From: an uncultured Bacteroides sp.
GTDB taxonomy: Bacteria; Bacteroidota; Bacteroidia; Bacteroidales; SM23-62
Assembly: GCA_964527875.1 (NCBI GenBank)
Contig: CAZGOR010000001.1
Location: 1 to 60,591 of the forward strand
Reading direction: 5' to 3'
DNA length: 60,591 bases
The translations under genes and the position numbers were made by a program. A model generated the notes under the pieces. That model saw only the letters and a list, made by a program, of their open reading frames with translations. It did not search any database and was not told the origin of the DNA. Below, one piece after another: positions 46,278 to 56,336 of the stretch; position 1 is the stretch's first letter; each line of letters opens with the position of its first letter.

Positions 46278-49200
46278 CTATGAGAATTGAATAATATTAT
46301 TAATTTGATCTTCCTTGCTTACTTCGCAGAGCCTTCTTGCAGCATTTGTAAAGAATTCATGGTTTTGAAGGAAGTTAACCTGAAATTCATTCCATTCTTT
46401 CTTTGATTTTACTTTGTTCATCGTTCTGTATTCCTGGAAGAGTTTGTCAGATTGTATAAGAAAATCAACACGGCCAAGATGATCGAGGTTTGCATCGCAA
46501 ATGATTTCTTCAAGGAGATTTTCAGGTTTCGGAGGCATTTTTGTGGCGAGGATAAGTTTACAAATCTGATCTATCTGTTCTTCATTATATTTAAAAGTTA
46601 AAAGAATTTCACGGCTTAGCTCAACAGACCGGTCCTCATGTTTTTCGATGGTATCAATATAACCAATATCGTGAAGCAATGCAGCTGAGCGGAGAAGCAG
46701 GAGATCGGTATCAGAAACATTTTCAGATCTGCCAAGTAGTTCAACCTGGGTATATACGTGATGAGTGTGAGCAGCATTATGGAAGTAAAGATTTTCAGGA
46801 AGTTCTCTTTCAAGTTTCTGCATGATAAATTCTTCGAGGTCAAGAATTCTGAGTACCTGCAACCTGATATTAAATTTATCATTTGGTGTAACTTCATTGC
46901 CGTCCTGTAATTCTGGTTTAAGGCCCTTTACAAAATACATTTCAATATCACCTTTGTATTTGACAGGCATTTTACCCCTGTATTTGCAATGAAAGAAATC
47001 CTTGACCAGTTCATAGGTTGTGGCTGAAATGTTTACCTTACCAATCTCGCCTGAAGATTCCATTCTACTGGCAGTATTAACAGTATCTCCCCAAATATCA
47101 TAAGATAATTTTTTTTGTCCGACAACACCCGCAATCACCGATCCTGTATGAATACCAATCCTCAGATCCCAGATATCTGCCTTTGTTTTTTTGAGGTCTT
47201 TCATGTAATATTGCATCTGAAGAGCAGCTAATACAACTTCAACGGGATTGGTACGGTTTTTTATCGGGATTCCGCCCGCTGCCATATAGGCATCACCAAT
47301 GGTTTTAATCTTTTCAATATTGTATTTTTCAACAACTGAATCAAATTGAAAATAAAACCTGTCCAGTTCATCAATTAACATATCTGGATTCATCTGCTCG
47401 GCAATTTTTGTAAATCCCTGAATATCAGCAAAAAGTACTGTTACCATTTTAAATTTACTGGAGGTGGCTTTACCTGTGGATTTTAGTTCATCAGCAGTGG
47501 TTTTCGGTAATATATTGGCAAGCAGATTTTCAGTTTTTTCCTTTTCCTTGATAAGTGCTTCAGTTCTTTCCTGTATGATCTCTTCCAGTCTGTATCTTTC
47601 CTTCAGAATCCTGAAATTTCGCCATTTCTGTAATACATAGGCCACAATTAGAATGACGAAAAGATAAATAAGAATAGCCCACCACGTTAGGTATATAGGT
47701 GTCGCGATTTTGAAATTATATTGATCAATGGTTGAAATCAGACCGGATGCACTCATGCTTTTAACCTGAAAAGAATAATTGCCGGCTGGAAGATTTATAA
47801 ATGATACCTGGTTACTGCTGCTCCATTTTGACCACTGATCATTCATACCATTCAACAAATATTGATATAATTCTCCTCCTTCATTCGACAGGTCGATTGA
47901 AATAAATTCAAATTGAATATTATTTTTTGAGTAAGGGATTATTACAGACTTTTGCTCTGATTTATTATTATTTTTTATTATAAATGGTTTGGGCACGATA
48001 ACTGAATTGTTATCGACAATAATTTTTGATATATATGTTTGAAAATCAGCGAATTTTCTTATCTGGCCTAAAGAGTCTATTCGTATTAGTTGATCGTTAC
48101 TGCAAATCCAAAGTAAATCATTGGGTTCAGAATATACAGAATGTATGTGCATCCTGTTTATACGGTTCAGATTAATTTGTTCAAATTCATATTGGTCGGA
48201 TCCAGTATAACAGGCTTTCCATAGTTGAGTAATATTTAGATCGGTATCAATAGTTTTAAGCCAGAGATTATTTTCATGATCTTTTGCCAATGGGGTTACT
48301 ACTGTTGAGATCGTCAGTCCCGGAGGATCAAGCACTGTGTATGGTATGTAATTATTTTCTGAATGCTGATAATGGTAAAGACCGGTGGAGGTAATAAAAA
48401 TCAATCTATTGTGTGTATGGAAAAAATTAACTGGTTGGTTATCAGATGGCAATCCTTCAGCAATTCCAACGTGGGTATATTCTTTGACTGACTGGTATCC
48501 TTCGGAGAGAGATAATCGATAAAGGCCGTTAAACGGGGTAGAAAGCCATATAATTCCATCATCGGACTCGGCAATATCCGTAACAGGAATATTAAGTTCG
48601 GGGAATACTTCCAGGCTTGTCCATTGGTTTTTGGATCGGGATAATATAATTAGTCCATCTGGAGTACCTGCAAGAAAGATCCCTGGATATAATTGTGACT
48701 GGCAAAGTACATTTACTTCTTCCCGGAAGATAAGGTTCCTTTCCTCTGTATCAATCTGAATGATTCCGGAACTGCACGGGACAAGCAACAAATCACCGGT
48801 TGATAACAAATTGCCACAGTTATAATCAGTACCATCAAGTTTATTAAAGATGGCATGTTGATAAACACGATCCTGTAAAGATGGTCTTAGTAAATAGATA
48901 CCCTGTGAAGTTGAAGCATATATTTTTCCTTTATGGCGGATAACTGATCGTATTTGACCATCAAGTCCGGTCCTGGTATCAAAATAACTGATTGATGAAG
49001 GCCATTCCATTCGTGTGAGGGTTTCATCATGGATGATCCAGATATTTCCTGATTTATCAGCAAACAGTTTATTGATCCGTGAATCTGTAATACCGTTGCT
49101 GGTATTAAAATATTGTGTTAAGTTCCTTTCAGGAGTATAAATTGCCAGGCCGGCATTATCAAAGGATACAGCCAATGATCCGTAATTACAGGGTATGCCG

Positions 49201-49976
49201 TCGGAATAACCATATTCAGCAATAAACGGATTAAGTGAAGTGTGATATGTTTCAAATAAGCCATTATGGTATTTTTGAAATCCCCCTTTAGAGGTAACAA
49301 CCAAGAGAGTATCACCAAAAGGGAACATCCCGTTAACTTTCAGGTCTGATAAATAGTCTGAATTGACAACAGGAGAAAACTCTCCTTTAAAAAATTTATA
49401 CAGACCATAATCGTTCATAAACAGAAACATAGTATCACTAATTTGAACTATGTATTCAGGAATTGCAGGGATATTAACAGGGTGGATTGTGTCTCCATGC
49501 CAGGTGAACAGATTAGTAGAGGTATGAATTAATACCCCGTCGTTGACCGGGATAATTTCTTTGACCTGACCGAATCCTTTTATGTTACCATGCCCTGAGA
49601 TAAGGAGATCAATAAAATGCATTGAGCCATTCTGAAGATAATCGATCATCCCGAAAGAATGATCGCCTCCTGCCCAAATTATGCCGTTATGATTACTGGC
49701 GACTGAAATTTTCCCATTGAGGTTGATTTTTTTCCAGTCGTGTCCATCATAACGAAGAATACCATTATATCCACCAATATAGAGAAAGCCTTTTAAATCC
49801 TGGGTAACTGAATGAAAGTTATAGATTTCTGTGTGACTTACAGGATGAATCTGCTGGATATAGGGTAAGCCAAGTTCTTGATAATGAGCAAGTGATATTG
49901 CAGGAATGCAAATATATATGAAGAAAATATAAAAAAAAATAATTCCTGACTTAATCAAATTGTATAGAAAATTCAT
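46278..49976 (-). CDS. sensor adenylate cyclase: periplasmic propeller/Y_Y_Y domain, TM helix, class III cyclase domain, HD domain
   Basis: 1232 aa. The N-terminal 700 aa or so are beta-propeller-like repeats, ending in a Y_Y_Y-like segment (YQYLLNGMNDQWSKW...NLPAGNYSFQVK), then a TM helix (WWAILIYLFVILIVAYVL). The cyclase core is VLFADIQGFT...IKTIGDAYMA...YDIWGDTVNTASRMES. The C-terminal HD motif is AAHTHHV...LLHDIGY. Confidence 0.85.
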   Translation of the reverse strand: MNFLYNLIKSGIIFFYIFFIYICIPAISLAHYQELGLPYIQQIHPVSHTEIYNFHSVTQDLKGFLYIGGYNGILRYDGHDWKKINLNGKISVASNHNGIIWAGGDHSFGMIDYLQNGSMHFIDLLISGHGNIKGFGQVKEIIPVNDGVLIHTSTNLFTWHGDTIHPVNIPAIPEYIVQISDTMFLFMNDYGLYKFFKGEFSPVVNSDYLSDLKVNGMFPFGDTLLVVTSKGGFQKYHNGLFETYHTSLNPFIAEYGYSDGIPCNYGSLAVSFDNAGLAIYTPERNLTQYFNTSNGITDSRINKLFADKSGNIWIIHDETLTRMEWPSSISYFDTRTGLDGQIRSVIRHKGKIYASTSQGIYLLRPSLQDRVYQHAIFNKLDGTDYNCGNLLSTGDLLLVPCSSGIIQIDTEERNLIFREEVNVLCQSQLYPGIFLAGTPDGLIILSRSKNQWTSLEVFPELNIPVTDIAESDDGIIWLSTPFNGLYRLSLSEGYQSVKEYTHVGIAEGLPSDNQPVNFFHTHNRLIFITSTGLYHYQHSENNYIPYTVLDPPGLTISTVVTPLAKDHENNLWLKTIDTDLNITQLWKACYTGSDQYEFEQINLNRINRMHIHSVYSEPNDLLWICSNDQLIRIDSLGQIRKFADFQTYISKIIVDNNSVIVPKPFIIKNNNKSEQKSVIIPYSKNNIQFEFISIDLSNEGGELYQYLLNGMNDQWSKWSSSNQVSFINLPAGNYSFQVKSMSASGLISTIDQYNFKIATPIYLTWWAILIYLFVILIVAYVLQKWRNFRILKERYRLEEIIQERTEALIKEKEKTENLLANILPKTTADELKSTGKATSSKFKMVTVLFADIQGFTKIAEQMNPDMLIDELDRFYFQFDSVVEKYNIEKIKTIGDAYMAAGGIPIKNRTNPVEVVLAALQMQYYMKDLKKTKADIWDLRIGIHTGSVIAGVVGQKKLSYDIWGDTVNTASRMESSGEIGKVNISATTYELVKDFFHCKYRGKMPVKYKGDIEMYFVKGLKPELQDGNEVTPNDKFNIRLQVLRILDLEEFIMQKLERELPENLYFHNAAHTHHVYTQVELLGRSENVSDTDLLLLRSAALLHDIGYIDTIEKHEDRSVELSREILLTFKYNEEQIDQICKLILATKMPPKPENLLEEIICDANLDHLGRVDFLIQSDKLFQEYRTMNKVKSKKEWNEFQVNFLQNHEFFTNAARRLCEVSKEDQINNIIQFS

Positions 49977-50066
49977 AACTTGTGTCTCTTAAAGTACACA
50001 ATATCCCATTACTGACAAATTTAAGAATTAATGTTATATATAATTTAAAATAAAAACTGACCCTCT

Positions 50067-50906
50067 ATGGAAACGAATACAAAAAAAATCATCATGGTTC
50101 CCTGGGATTTCTCAGAAAAAGCTGGATTTGCCCTGGAACATGCAATCAGGCTCGGTAAGATCCTGAATACAGACGTAGAGCTTATTCATATTGTTAAAAA
50201 AGAAAAGGAGTTAGAAGATGCCACTAAAAGGTTGAATCAAATAATTGAGGAAACCGATAAAAAACATGGTATAAAACCTGTATCACTTATCAAGGTGGGT
50301 AATATTTTCACGACGATTTCTGAAATTGCTACTGAAATGAATGCGGAAATGGTAATCATGGGTACTCATGGCATGAAAGGTATGCAGAAACTTACCGGTA
50401 GTTGGGCCCTCAAAGTAATAGCCGGGTCCAAAGTTCCGTTTATAGTTGTTCAGGCACCTCCAACAACCCATGGTTTTGCAAACATTGTTTTTCCCCTGGA
50501 TTTTAGAAAGGAGAATAAGGAAAAAATCAATTGGATCTATTATATAGCCAGGTTATACAACTCAAAATTTTATATCATTAAGGCAAAATCTACTGATAAA
50601 AAATTTATTAAGGGAATTCATTCAAATCTTTTATTCACAAAGAAATTTCTGTCTAACAATCAGATTCCCTATGAAATACATACTGCAGAGGGAAAGAAGG
50701 ATTTCACTACCGAAACAATTGAATATACACATCAGATTGATGCTGACCTGATCCTGATTATGACAACAAAAAATATTAATCTGGCTGATTATGTAATCGG
50801 AGCACATGAACAACAAATTATCTCAAACAAGTATCAGATACCTGTCATGTGCATTAATCCACGGCCGGGGAAAATAGCCAGTGGATTCAGTGCTACAGGT
50901 GGATGA
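50067..50906 (+). CDS. universal stress protein, tandem UspA domains
   Basis: 279 aa with two USP-like halves. The first carries GTHGMKGMQKLTGSWALKV, the ATP-binding-type G-2x-G-9x-G(S/T) region. Confidence 0.75.
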   Translation: METNTKKIIMVPWDFSEKAGFALEHAIRLGKILNTDVELIHIVKKEKELEDATKRLNQIIEETDKKHGIKPVSLIKVGNIFTTISEIATEMNAEMVIMGTHGMKGMQKLTGSWALKVIAGSKVPFIVVQAPPTTHGFANIVFPLDFRKENKEKINWIYYIARLYNSKFYIIKAKSTDKKFIKGIHSNLLFTKKFLSNNQIPYEIHTAEGKKDFTTETIEYTHQIDADLILIMTTKNINLADYVIGAHEQQIISNKYQIPVMCINPRPGKIASGFSATGG

Positions 50907-51110
50907 TTTCATTACTATAATTGCCCATCCGGAGTGAATGAATATTGATTCATATTCTTCTGTTGAAAGATACAAAGAGAGGGTGCTTTAAATGTACATT
51001 ATTTATTTTTTGCAGCTCTGTCTGCCACCAGGCAAAGCTGCATGAAAAATTTTTGTACCATTTAATCACCCTCTTGTTTTTTAACTTTTTGTCTTCTTCA
51101 ATATCACGGA

Positions 51111-51713
51111 ATGAAAGAATTGATTTTTGCAACTCATAACATAGATAAAATCAGAGAAATACAAAACCTGCTTCGGGGAAGGTATGAATTACTAAGTTTG
51201 GACGATCTAGGATATAAAAAGGATATTCCCGAAGATCAGCCAACAATTGAAAAAAATGCATTGCAGAAAGCTCGTTTTATATATAACCTGTTTGAAGTTG
51301 ATTGTTTTGCTGACGATACTGGTCTTGAAGTGGAAGCTCTCAATGGGAAACCGGGTGTTTATTCAGCCCGTTTTGCAGAACTGACAGGAGAGATTTCTAA
51401 AGGTGAAAATGTATCAAATGCCAATATCCGGAAATTATTGAATCTGATGAATGAAATGAAAAATCGTAAAGCCCGTTTCATAACTATCATTGCTCTCGTA
51501 ATTAATAAGAAAGAATATTTATTTGAAGGAATTGTTGAAGGGAATATTATGTTCGAAAGAAGAGGAACTTATGGATTCGGTTATGATCCGGTCTTCCAGC
51601 CTTCAGGATATGACCTGACATTTGCAGAAATGCCCATCGATGAAAAAAACAAGATCAGTCACAGGGCTATGGCAGTTAAAAAGCTTGTGAAATTTCTAAA
51701 TAAACAGTCTTAA
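51111..51713 (+). CDS. rdgB: RdgB/HAM1 family non-canonical purine NTP pyrophosphatase
   Basis: 200 aa. ATHNIDKIREI, ADDTGLEVEALNGKPGVYSARF, GFGYDPVF and ISHRAMA motifs. Confidence 0.9.
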   Translation: MKELIFATHNIDKIREIQNLLRGRYELLSLDDLGYKKDIPEDQPTIEKNALQKARFIYNLFEVDCFADDTGLEVEALNGKPGVYSARFAELTGEISKGENVSNANIRKLLNLMNEMKNRKARFITIIALVINKKEYLFEGIVEGNIMFERRGTYGFGYDPVFQPSGYDLTFAEMPIDEKNKISHRAMAVKKLVKFLNKQS

Positions 51714-51747
51714 TATATTTTCCTGAATAGATTCAACAGGAAGAAAT

Positions 51748-51833
51748 GTTACAGGTTGCAGGTTACAAGGTTACAAGGTTGTAAAGTTTCAAGGATACAG
51801 GATTGCAAAGTTGTAAGTTTATAAGTTTACAAG
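51748..51833. repeat. degenerate 7-8-nt tandem array (GTTACAAG-like)
   Basis: gttacag gttgcag gttacaag gttacaag gttgtaaa gtttcaag gatacag gattgcaaa gttgtaa gtttataa gtttacaag gt. Confidence 0.8.
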
Positions 51834-51975
51834 GTAATAAAATAGTAATGTTATAATAGTTATTCCGATCTTTCACTACTAGAATCTTCGGTATTTTTGT
51901 AATAGGATATGAAATAAATTCATTTTTCATAATAAGTTGTTAATACTTACGTATATTATAAAATAATTTGTTTAT

Positions 51976-54270
51976 ATGAGGTTTTATTGTTTTTTAGCGA
52001 TATTTCTTCTGATACAATCTCTTCTTTTCTTGATTGATGCACAAATGACCATTGGTGAATGGCATGTCCATTTACCTTACTATCAGGCAAATTGTGTAAC
52101 AGAGGCAAACGAAAAAATCTATTGTGTCACTACTGGGGGATTGTTTTATTATAATAAAGAGGATCATACACTGAACAGATTTACAAAGGTGGATGGACTC
52201 TCAGATGTGGGGATCAGTTGTGTGAATTATTCACCTGAAAATGATATGCTGGTTATCGCCTATACCAATGCAAATCTTGATCTGATAACTGGAAACGAAG
52301 TCTATAATATTTCTGATATTAAGAGAAAAGCCCTCACAGCTAGTAAGTCCATCAATAATATCATGTTTATTGACAAATATGCATATCTATCGTGTGGGTT
52401 TGGAATTGTGGTGATCAATCTTGAAAAAAAGGAAGTACGCGATACTTATTTGATAGGGAATAACAGTAGCTTCAAATATGTAAATGACATGGCTTTTGAC
52501 GGGCAGTTTTTATACACAGCTACTGAAGATGGTATTTACAAAGCCGATATTAACAGTCCGAATCTGATAGATTTTAATTACTGGAGCCGTCTTACTGATG
52601 CACCTCATTATAATAAAACTTACAATCATATAGCCTTCTTTGACGGGAAAATTTATGCTAATTATTATAATGAAGATAGAGTTTTCGACTCGGTTTACAG
52701 TTATGATGGCAACCAGTGGTCTGTATTTTCAAAGATATTTTTTAATAGAACTCATTCAATTAAAGTCATTAATAATCATCTAGTAATTGTTAATGACTGG
52801 TATACAGATGTGTTTGAAGAGAATGAAGTGAATATCAGACATTTCGGATCTGCAAAGCCAAGAGATGCTATCATTGACCAGGATCATTATTTATGGGTTG
52901 CTGATCAAACAGAAGGACTTGTTTTAAATACCTCTCCTTCCGATAAAGAGATCCTTATCCCGAATGGACCACTGAGTACCAGAGCAGTTATACTTGAAAT
53001 AGCTGATAGTAAAGTATATGCTGCTGCAGGTGGTGATACACGGGCATGGAAAAACCTATGGTACCGTTTTGAAGTTAACTTTTTCAAAGATGGTATATGG
53101 TCAGGATTGAGTGAAACAGATTATCGGGATGCAGTAAGTATTGCAGTTGATCCTGACAATTCCAATCACCTTTTTGCAGGTACATGGGGATATGGATTGG
53201 TGGAGATCGTTGATGAAGAAATTATTAAAGTATATACAGAAAAAAATAGCAGTCTGCAGAATATCTTACCCGATGGTCCATATATCAGGATTGGTGGAGT
53301 GGTTTACGACAGGGATAAAAATTTATGGCTGACCAATTCATCAGTTCCTGATCCCATATCTGTGATGAAACCTGGTGGTACATGGAAAAGCTTTGAATTT
53401 GGAAAAAAGATCAGTAATATATCTATAGGTAAGATCATGGTTACTAGTGTTGATCAGAAATGGGTACAGTTAAAACAGCATGGACTATTTGTATTTGACG
53501 TAAACGGAACAATAGATAATGAGTCTGATGATGAATATATAAAACTGAATGTGGTTGATGAGAATAATAAGATCATTACCAATAATGTATATTCTTTTGC
53601 AGAAGACATGAGCGGAAATATATGGGTGGGTACTGATAAAGGTATAGTGGTGTATTATAATCCGGTCAGGGTATTTGATTCAGATTTGTTTTATGCTCAT
53701 CAGATCATTGTTCCAAGAAATGATGGTACAGGTCTGGCCGATATTCTGCTTGGCACTGAAACGGTTACAGCAATAGCGGTGGATGGGGCAAACCGGAAGT
53801 GGATCGGGACTGCCAGGGCTGGCGCTTTTCTTCTGTCCGAAGACGGCATGCGCCAGATCTATAATTTTACAAAGGAGAACAGTCCAATTCTATCTAATAA
53901 TATTCAGGATATCGCCATTGATGGAAAGACCGGGGAGGTTTTTTTTGCAACCGACCAGGGAATTATTTCATTTCTCAGCACTGCGGTTGATCCGAATGAA
54001 AATTTCAGGGATGTTTATGTTTATCCGAATCCGGTACGCGAAGATTATGAAGGAGAAATCGTTATCACCGGACTCGTGGGGAAAACAAATGTGAAAATTA
54101 CCGATGTCAGCGGGAATATTGTTTATGAAACCACTTCATTGGGAGGACAGGCCATATGGGATGGTAAAAATTTTAACGGCGTAAAAGTGAGTACCGGTGT
54201 GTACCTGGTTTTTTGCACAAATGAAGACGGATCGAAAACATACATAACTAAATTGCTGGTTATTAATTAG
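51976..54270 (+). CDS. T9SS-sorted double-propeller protein, PorZ-like
   Basis: 764 aa. Signal peptide, two-component-regulator-propeller-like repeats, and a C-terminal T9SS sorting domain (VYVYPNPV...VKITDVSGNIVYE...GVYLVF...KLLVIN). The size and architecture resemble PorZ, but that assignment is tentative. Confidence 0.55.
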   Translation: MRFYCFLAIFLLIQSLLFLIDAQMTIGEWHVHLPYYQANCVTEANEKIYCVTTGGLFYYNKEDHTLNRFTKVDGLSDVGISCVNYSPENDMLVIAYTNANLDLITGNEVYNISDIKRKALTASKSINNIMFIDKYAYLSCGFGIVVINLEKKEVRDTYLIGNNSSFKYVNDMAFDGQFLYTATEDGIYKADINSPNLIDFNYWSRLTDAPHYNKTYNHIAFFDGKIYANYYNEDRVFDSVYSYDGNQWSVFSKIFFNRTHSIKVINNHLVIVNDWYTDVFEENEVNIRHFGSAKPRDAIIDQDHYLWVADQTEGLVLNTSPSDKEILIPNGPLSTRAVILEIADSKVYAAAGGDTRAWKNLWYRFEVNFFKDGIWSGLSETDYRDAVSIAVDPDNSNHLFAGTWGYGLVEIVDEEIIKVYTEKNSSLQNILPDGPYIRIGGVVYDRDKNLWLTNSSVPDPISVMKPGGTWKSFEFGKKISNISIGKIMVTSVDQKWVQLKQHGLFVFDVNGTIDNESDDEYIKLNVVDENNKIITNNVYSFAEDMSGNIWVGTDKGIVVYYNPVRVFDSDLFYAHQIIVPRNDGTGLADILLGTETVTAIAVDGANRKWIGTARAGAFLLSEDGMRQIYNFTKENSPILSNNIQDIAIDGKTGEVFFATDQGIISFLSTAVDPNENFRDVYVYPNPVREDYEGEIVITGLVGKTNVKITDVSGNIVYETTSLGGQAIWDGKNFNGVKVSTGVYLVFCTNEDGSKTYITKLLVIN

Positions 54271-54309
54271 TTCATGAATATCCCGGATGAGATTCGATCC
54301 TCACTAGAT

Positions 54310-54397
54310 GTTAAAGCGTTAAAGCGTTAAAGCATTGAAGCGTTGATGCGGGGAAGCGGATAAGCGGGAAAGTGTGAAGGTTGGAAGGTGAGAAAGT
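54310..54397. repeat. degenerate octamer array (GTTAAAGC-like) grading into GTGAAGG words
   Basis: gttaaagc gttaaagc gttaaagc attgaagc gttgatgc ggggaagc ggataagc gggaaagt gtgaaggt tggaaggt gagaaagt. Confidence 0.85.
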
Positions 54398-54443
54398 TCT
54401 GCCGATTGTCAATCGGCAGCCGTTGTAACGCAAGATGACGCAG

Positions 54444-54475
54444 AAAAGTCCGGTTGCCAACCGGACTTTTCTATT
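54444..54475 (+). terminator. intrinsic terminator-like hairpin downstream of the PorZ-like gene
   Basis: aaaagtccggtt-gcc-aaccggactttt followed by ctatttt. Confidence 0.55.
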
Positions 54476-54913
54476 TTGTGCATTGTGGTGTCAAAATGTG
54501 TCCGGTTATCCCGATCCCGATAGCTATCGGGACTATTGAGACCGGGCTTTTCAGTTGTCTTCCACACTGTTGGAATGTGTCCGATTAGCAATCGGACTTT
54601 TCTACCTTCTCCTTATGAAGGTATGGCTGCCGGATGGCATCCGGCAGAACTTATTTAACCCTTTCAGGGTTATGAGCTTATTTTATCATTCACGCCCGGC
54701 ACTTCGTACCGGGTTATTCATAGTTTAATCCCTTCGGGATTCTGTGAGGTATTCCATACACTGCAGTCCCTCTATCCCTCTCCATCTTCCCTTTCCTCCA
54801 ATTCCCCTTCCCGCTTTTATACTTTCACACTTTTCCACCTTCACACTTTCCCAATTAAAATCAACATCCGCATTTTATTATAAATTTGGAAATATAATTT
54901 AACTCTATGGGTT

Positions 54914-55639
54914 ATGCTTACCAAAGTACGTGGCATCGTATTGCATCATATAAAATATAAGGAAAGCAGTGCCATTGTGCACATGTACACTGACCTGTAT
55001 GGCAGGCAGGCTTATATTATCAGTAATATTATGGGAAAGAAAGGTGGACACCGTTCGAATCTTTTGCAACCGTTGTTTATTCTGGAGGTGGAGGTATATC
55101 ACAAGCCGGAAAGGGAATTGCATCGTGTCAGGGAGATCCATCATTGTATTCCTTTCAGGACGATACCATATGATATGAAAAAGAATACACAAGCCTTATT
55201 TATTGCAGAGATCCTTTACAGGTCATTGAAAGAGGAAGAACCTGATCCAAAGCTTTTTGATTTTCTGGTTCATGCAATCCAATGGTTAGATACTACTGAA
55301 AAAAATTATTCAAGTTTTCATCTTTTGTTCTTGGTTCAGTTGACAAAATACCTTGGTTTTTATCCTGACAACAACTATTCCTTAACAAATCAATTATTTG
55401 ATTTGAGGAACGGACAATTCACCGGGATTGAAAATATTCATACAAATATTATGGGCGGGGATGAAAGTAAGACCTTCCACAGAATATTAAAAAAAACATT
55501 CAGTGATCTCTCTGATTTTAGAATTGAACACCATGTAAAACAACAGATAGTAAACTCATTATTAGACTATTATCGTCTTCATGTACATGGTTTTGGCATT
55601 GTTAAGTCCCTCTCTGTTCTCAGGGAAATTTTCGAATGA
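54914..55639 (+). CDS. recO: DNA repair protein RecO
   Basis: 241 aa. The N-terminal OB-fold pattern MLTKVRGIVLHHIKYKESSAIVHMYTDLYGRQAYI and the length fit RecO. Confidence 0.85.
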   Translation: MLTKVRGIVLHHIKYKESSAIVHMYTDLYGRQAYIISNIMGKKGGHRSNLLQPLFILEVEVYHKPERELHRVREIHHCIPFRTIPYDMKKNTQALFIAEILYRSLKEEEPDPKLFDFLVHAIQWLDTTEKNYSSFHLLFLVQLTKYLGFYPDNNYSLTNQLFDLRNGQFTGIENIHTNIMGGDESKTFHRILKKTFSDLSDFRIEHHVKQQIVNSLLDYYRLHVHGFGIVKSLSVLREIFE

Positions 55640-56336
55640 TGCACCTTACTGACTGTAAATGTGTATTTTTAATGCTTTCCGGATAAAACTTTTTTAGTTC
55701 GAATTACGTAGAAAGGCGAAAAACTTGATCTGAAAAATCTCTTTATCCATATTTACTTTAAATTATTGATTTATACACAGGTAAATTTATGAACTGGTGC
55801 AACCTGAAGGGGTTTTTTATGGTCATAAAAAATAGTTCTCGGTTTTCAGTTTAGTGTGGTTAAAGGATGTGAGTGTAGTAAGAAGGTTCCTGGTTGCTGG
55901 TCAATGGTTAATGAAGAAGGCTGAGGCTTGGGCTTAGGAATAAATGAGTTCAGATTGAAGATTAACGATATTTGATTTAAGAAATTCTAATAACTTCAAA
56001 AATATGAAATCGTTAATCATTAATCTTAAATTAATTGAGGTTTAGTTGGTGGGAGGAATTAGTAATATCAAAAAGAACTTTTAAAGAACAAATAAAATAA
56101 ATTCAGGATCCTTTTGTAATATTTTTCAAGTGCGTTTGTTTTAAGGGTTCTGATAACATATGAACCAATAACCGTCGATCTTTTAAAAAAAAAAGAAAAG
56201 GGGTCGAAAGGGGATTTTGTTGTTTATAAAATAAAGTAATTTTTAAATGAAAATATTCTTCAAACCATCATATTGAAGCAGGAATCCCTAAAAAGGCTTT
56301 CCAGTTTTATTTTAATTAAAGAATAAATTCAACATA

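Noticed and set aside
46278-49976. The cyclase as a Pycsar/CBASS-like antiphage signalling enzyme
   Set aside because: It has a 700-aa periplasmic sensor and a TM helix, ATP-specifying Lys/Asp residues, no adjacent effector with a cNMP-binding or TIR/TM toxin layout, and it sits among housekeeping genes. A sensory signalling role is more likely.
54440-54470. The AAAGTCCGG string as a fragment of RNase P RNA
   Set aside because: Only the short string matches. The flanking sequence forms a simple terminator-like hairpin and lacks the conserved GAGGAAAGTCCGGGC context and the other RNase P helices.
54409-54591. 60-aa minus-strand ORF in the recO upstream region
   Set aside because: It consists of translated hairpin repeats, has no start context, and overlaps the stem-loop cluster. 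It is treated as non-coding.
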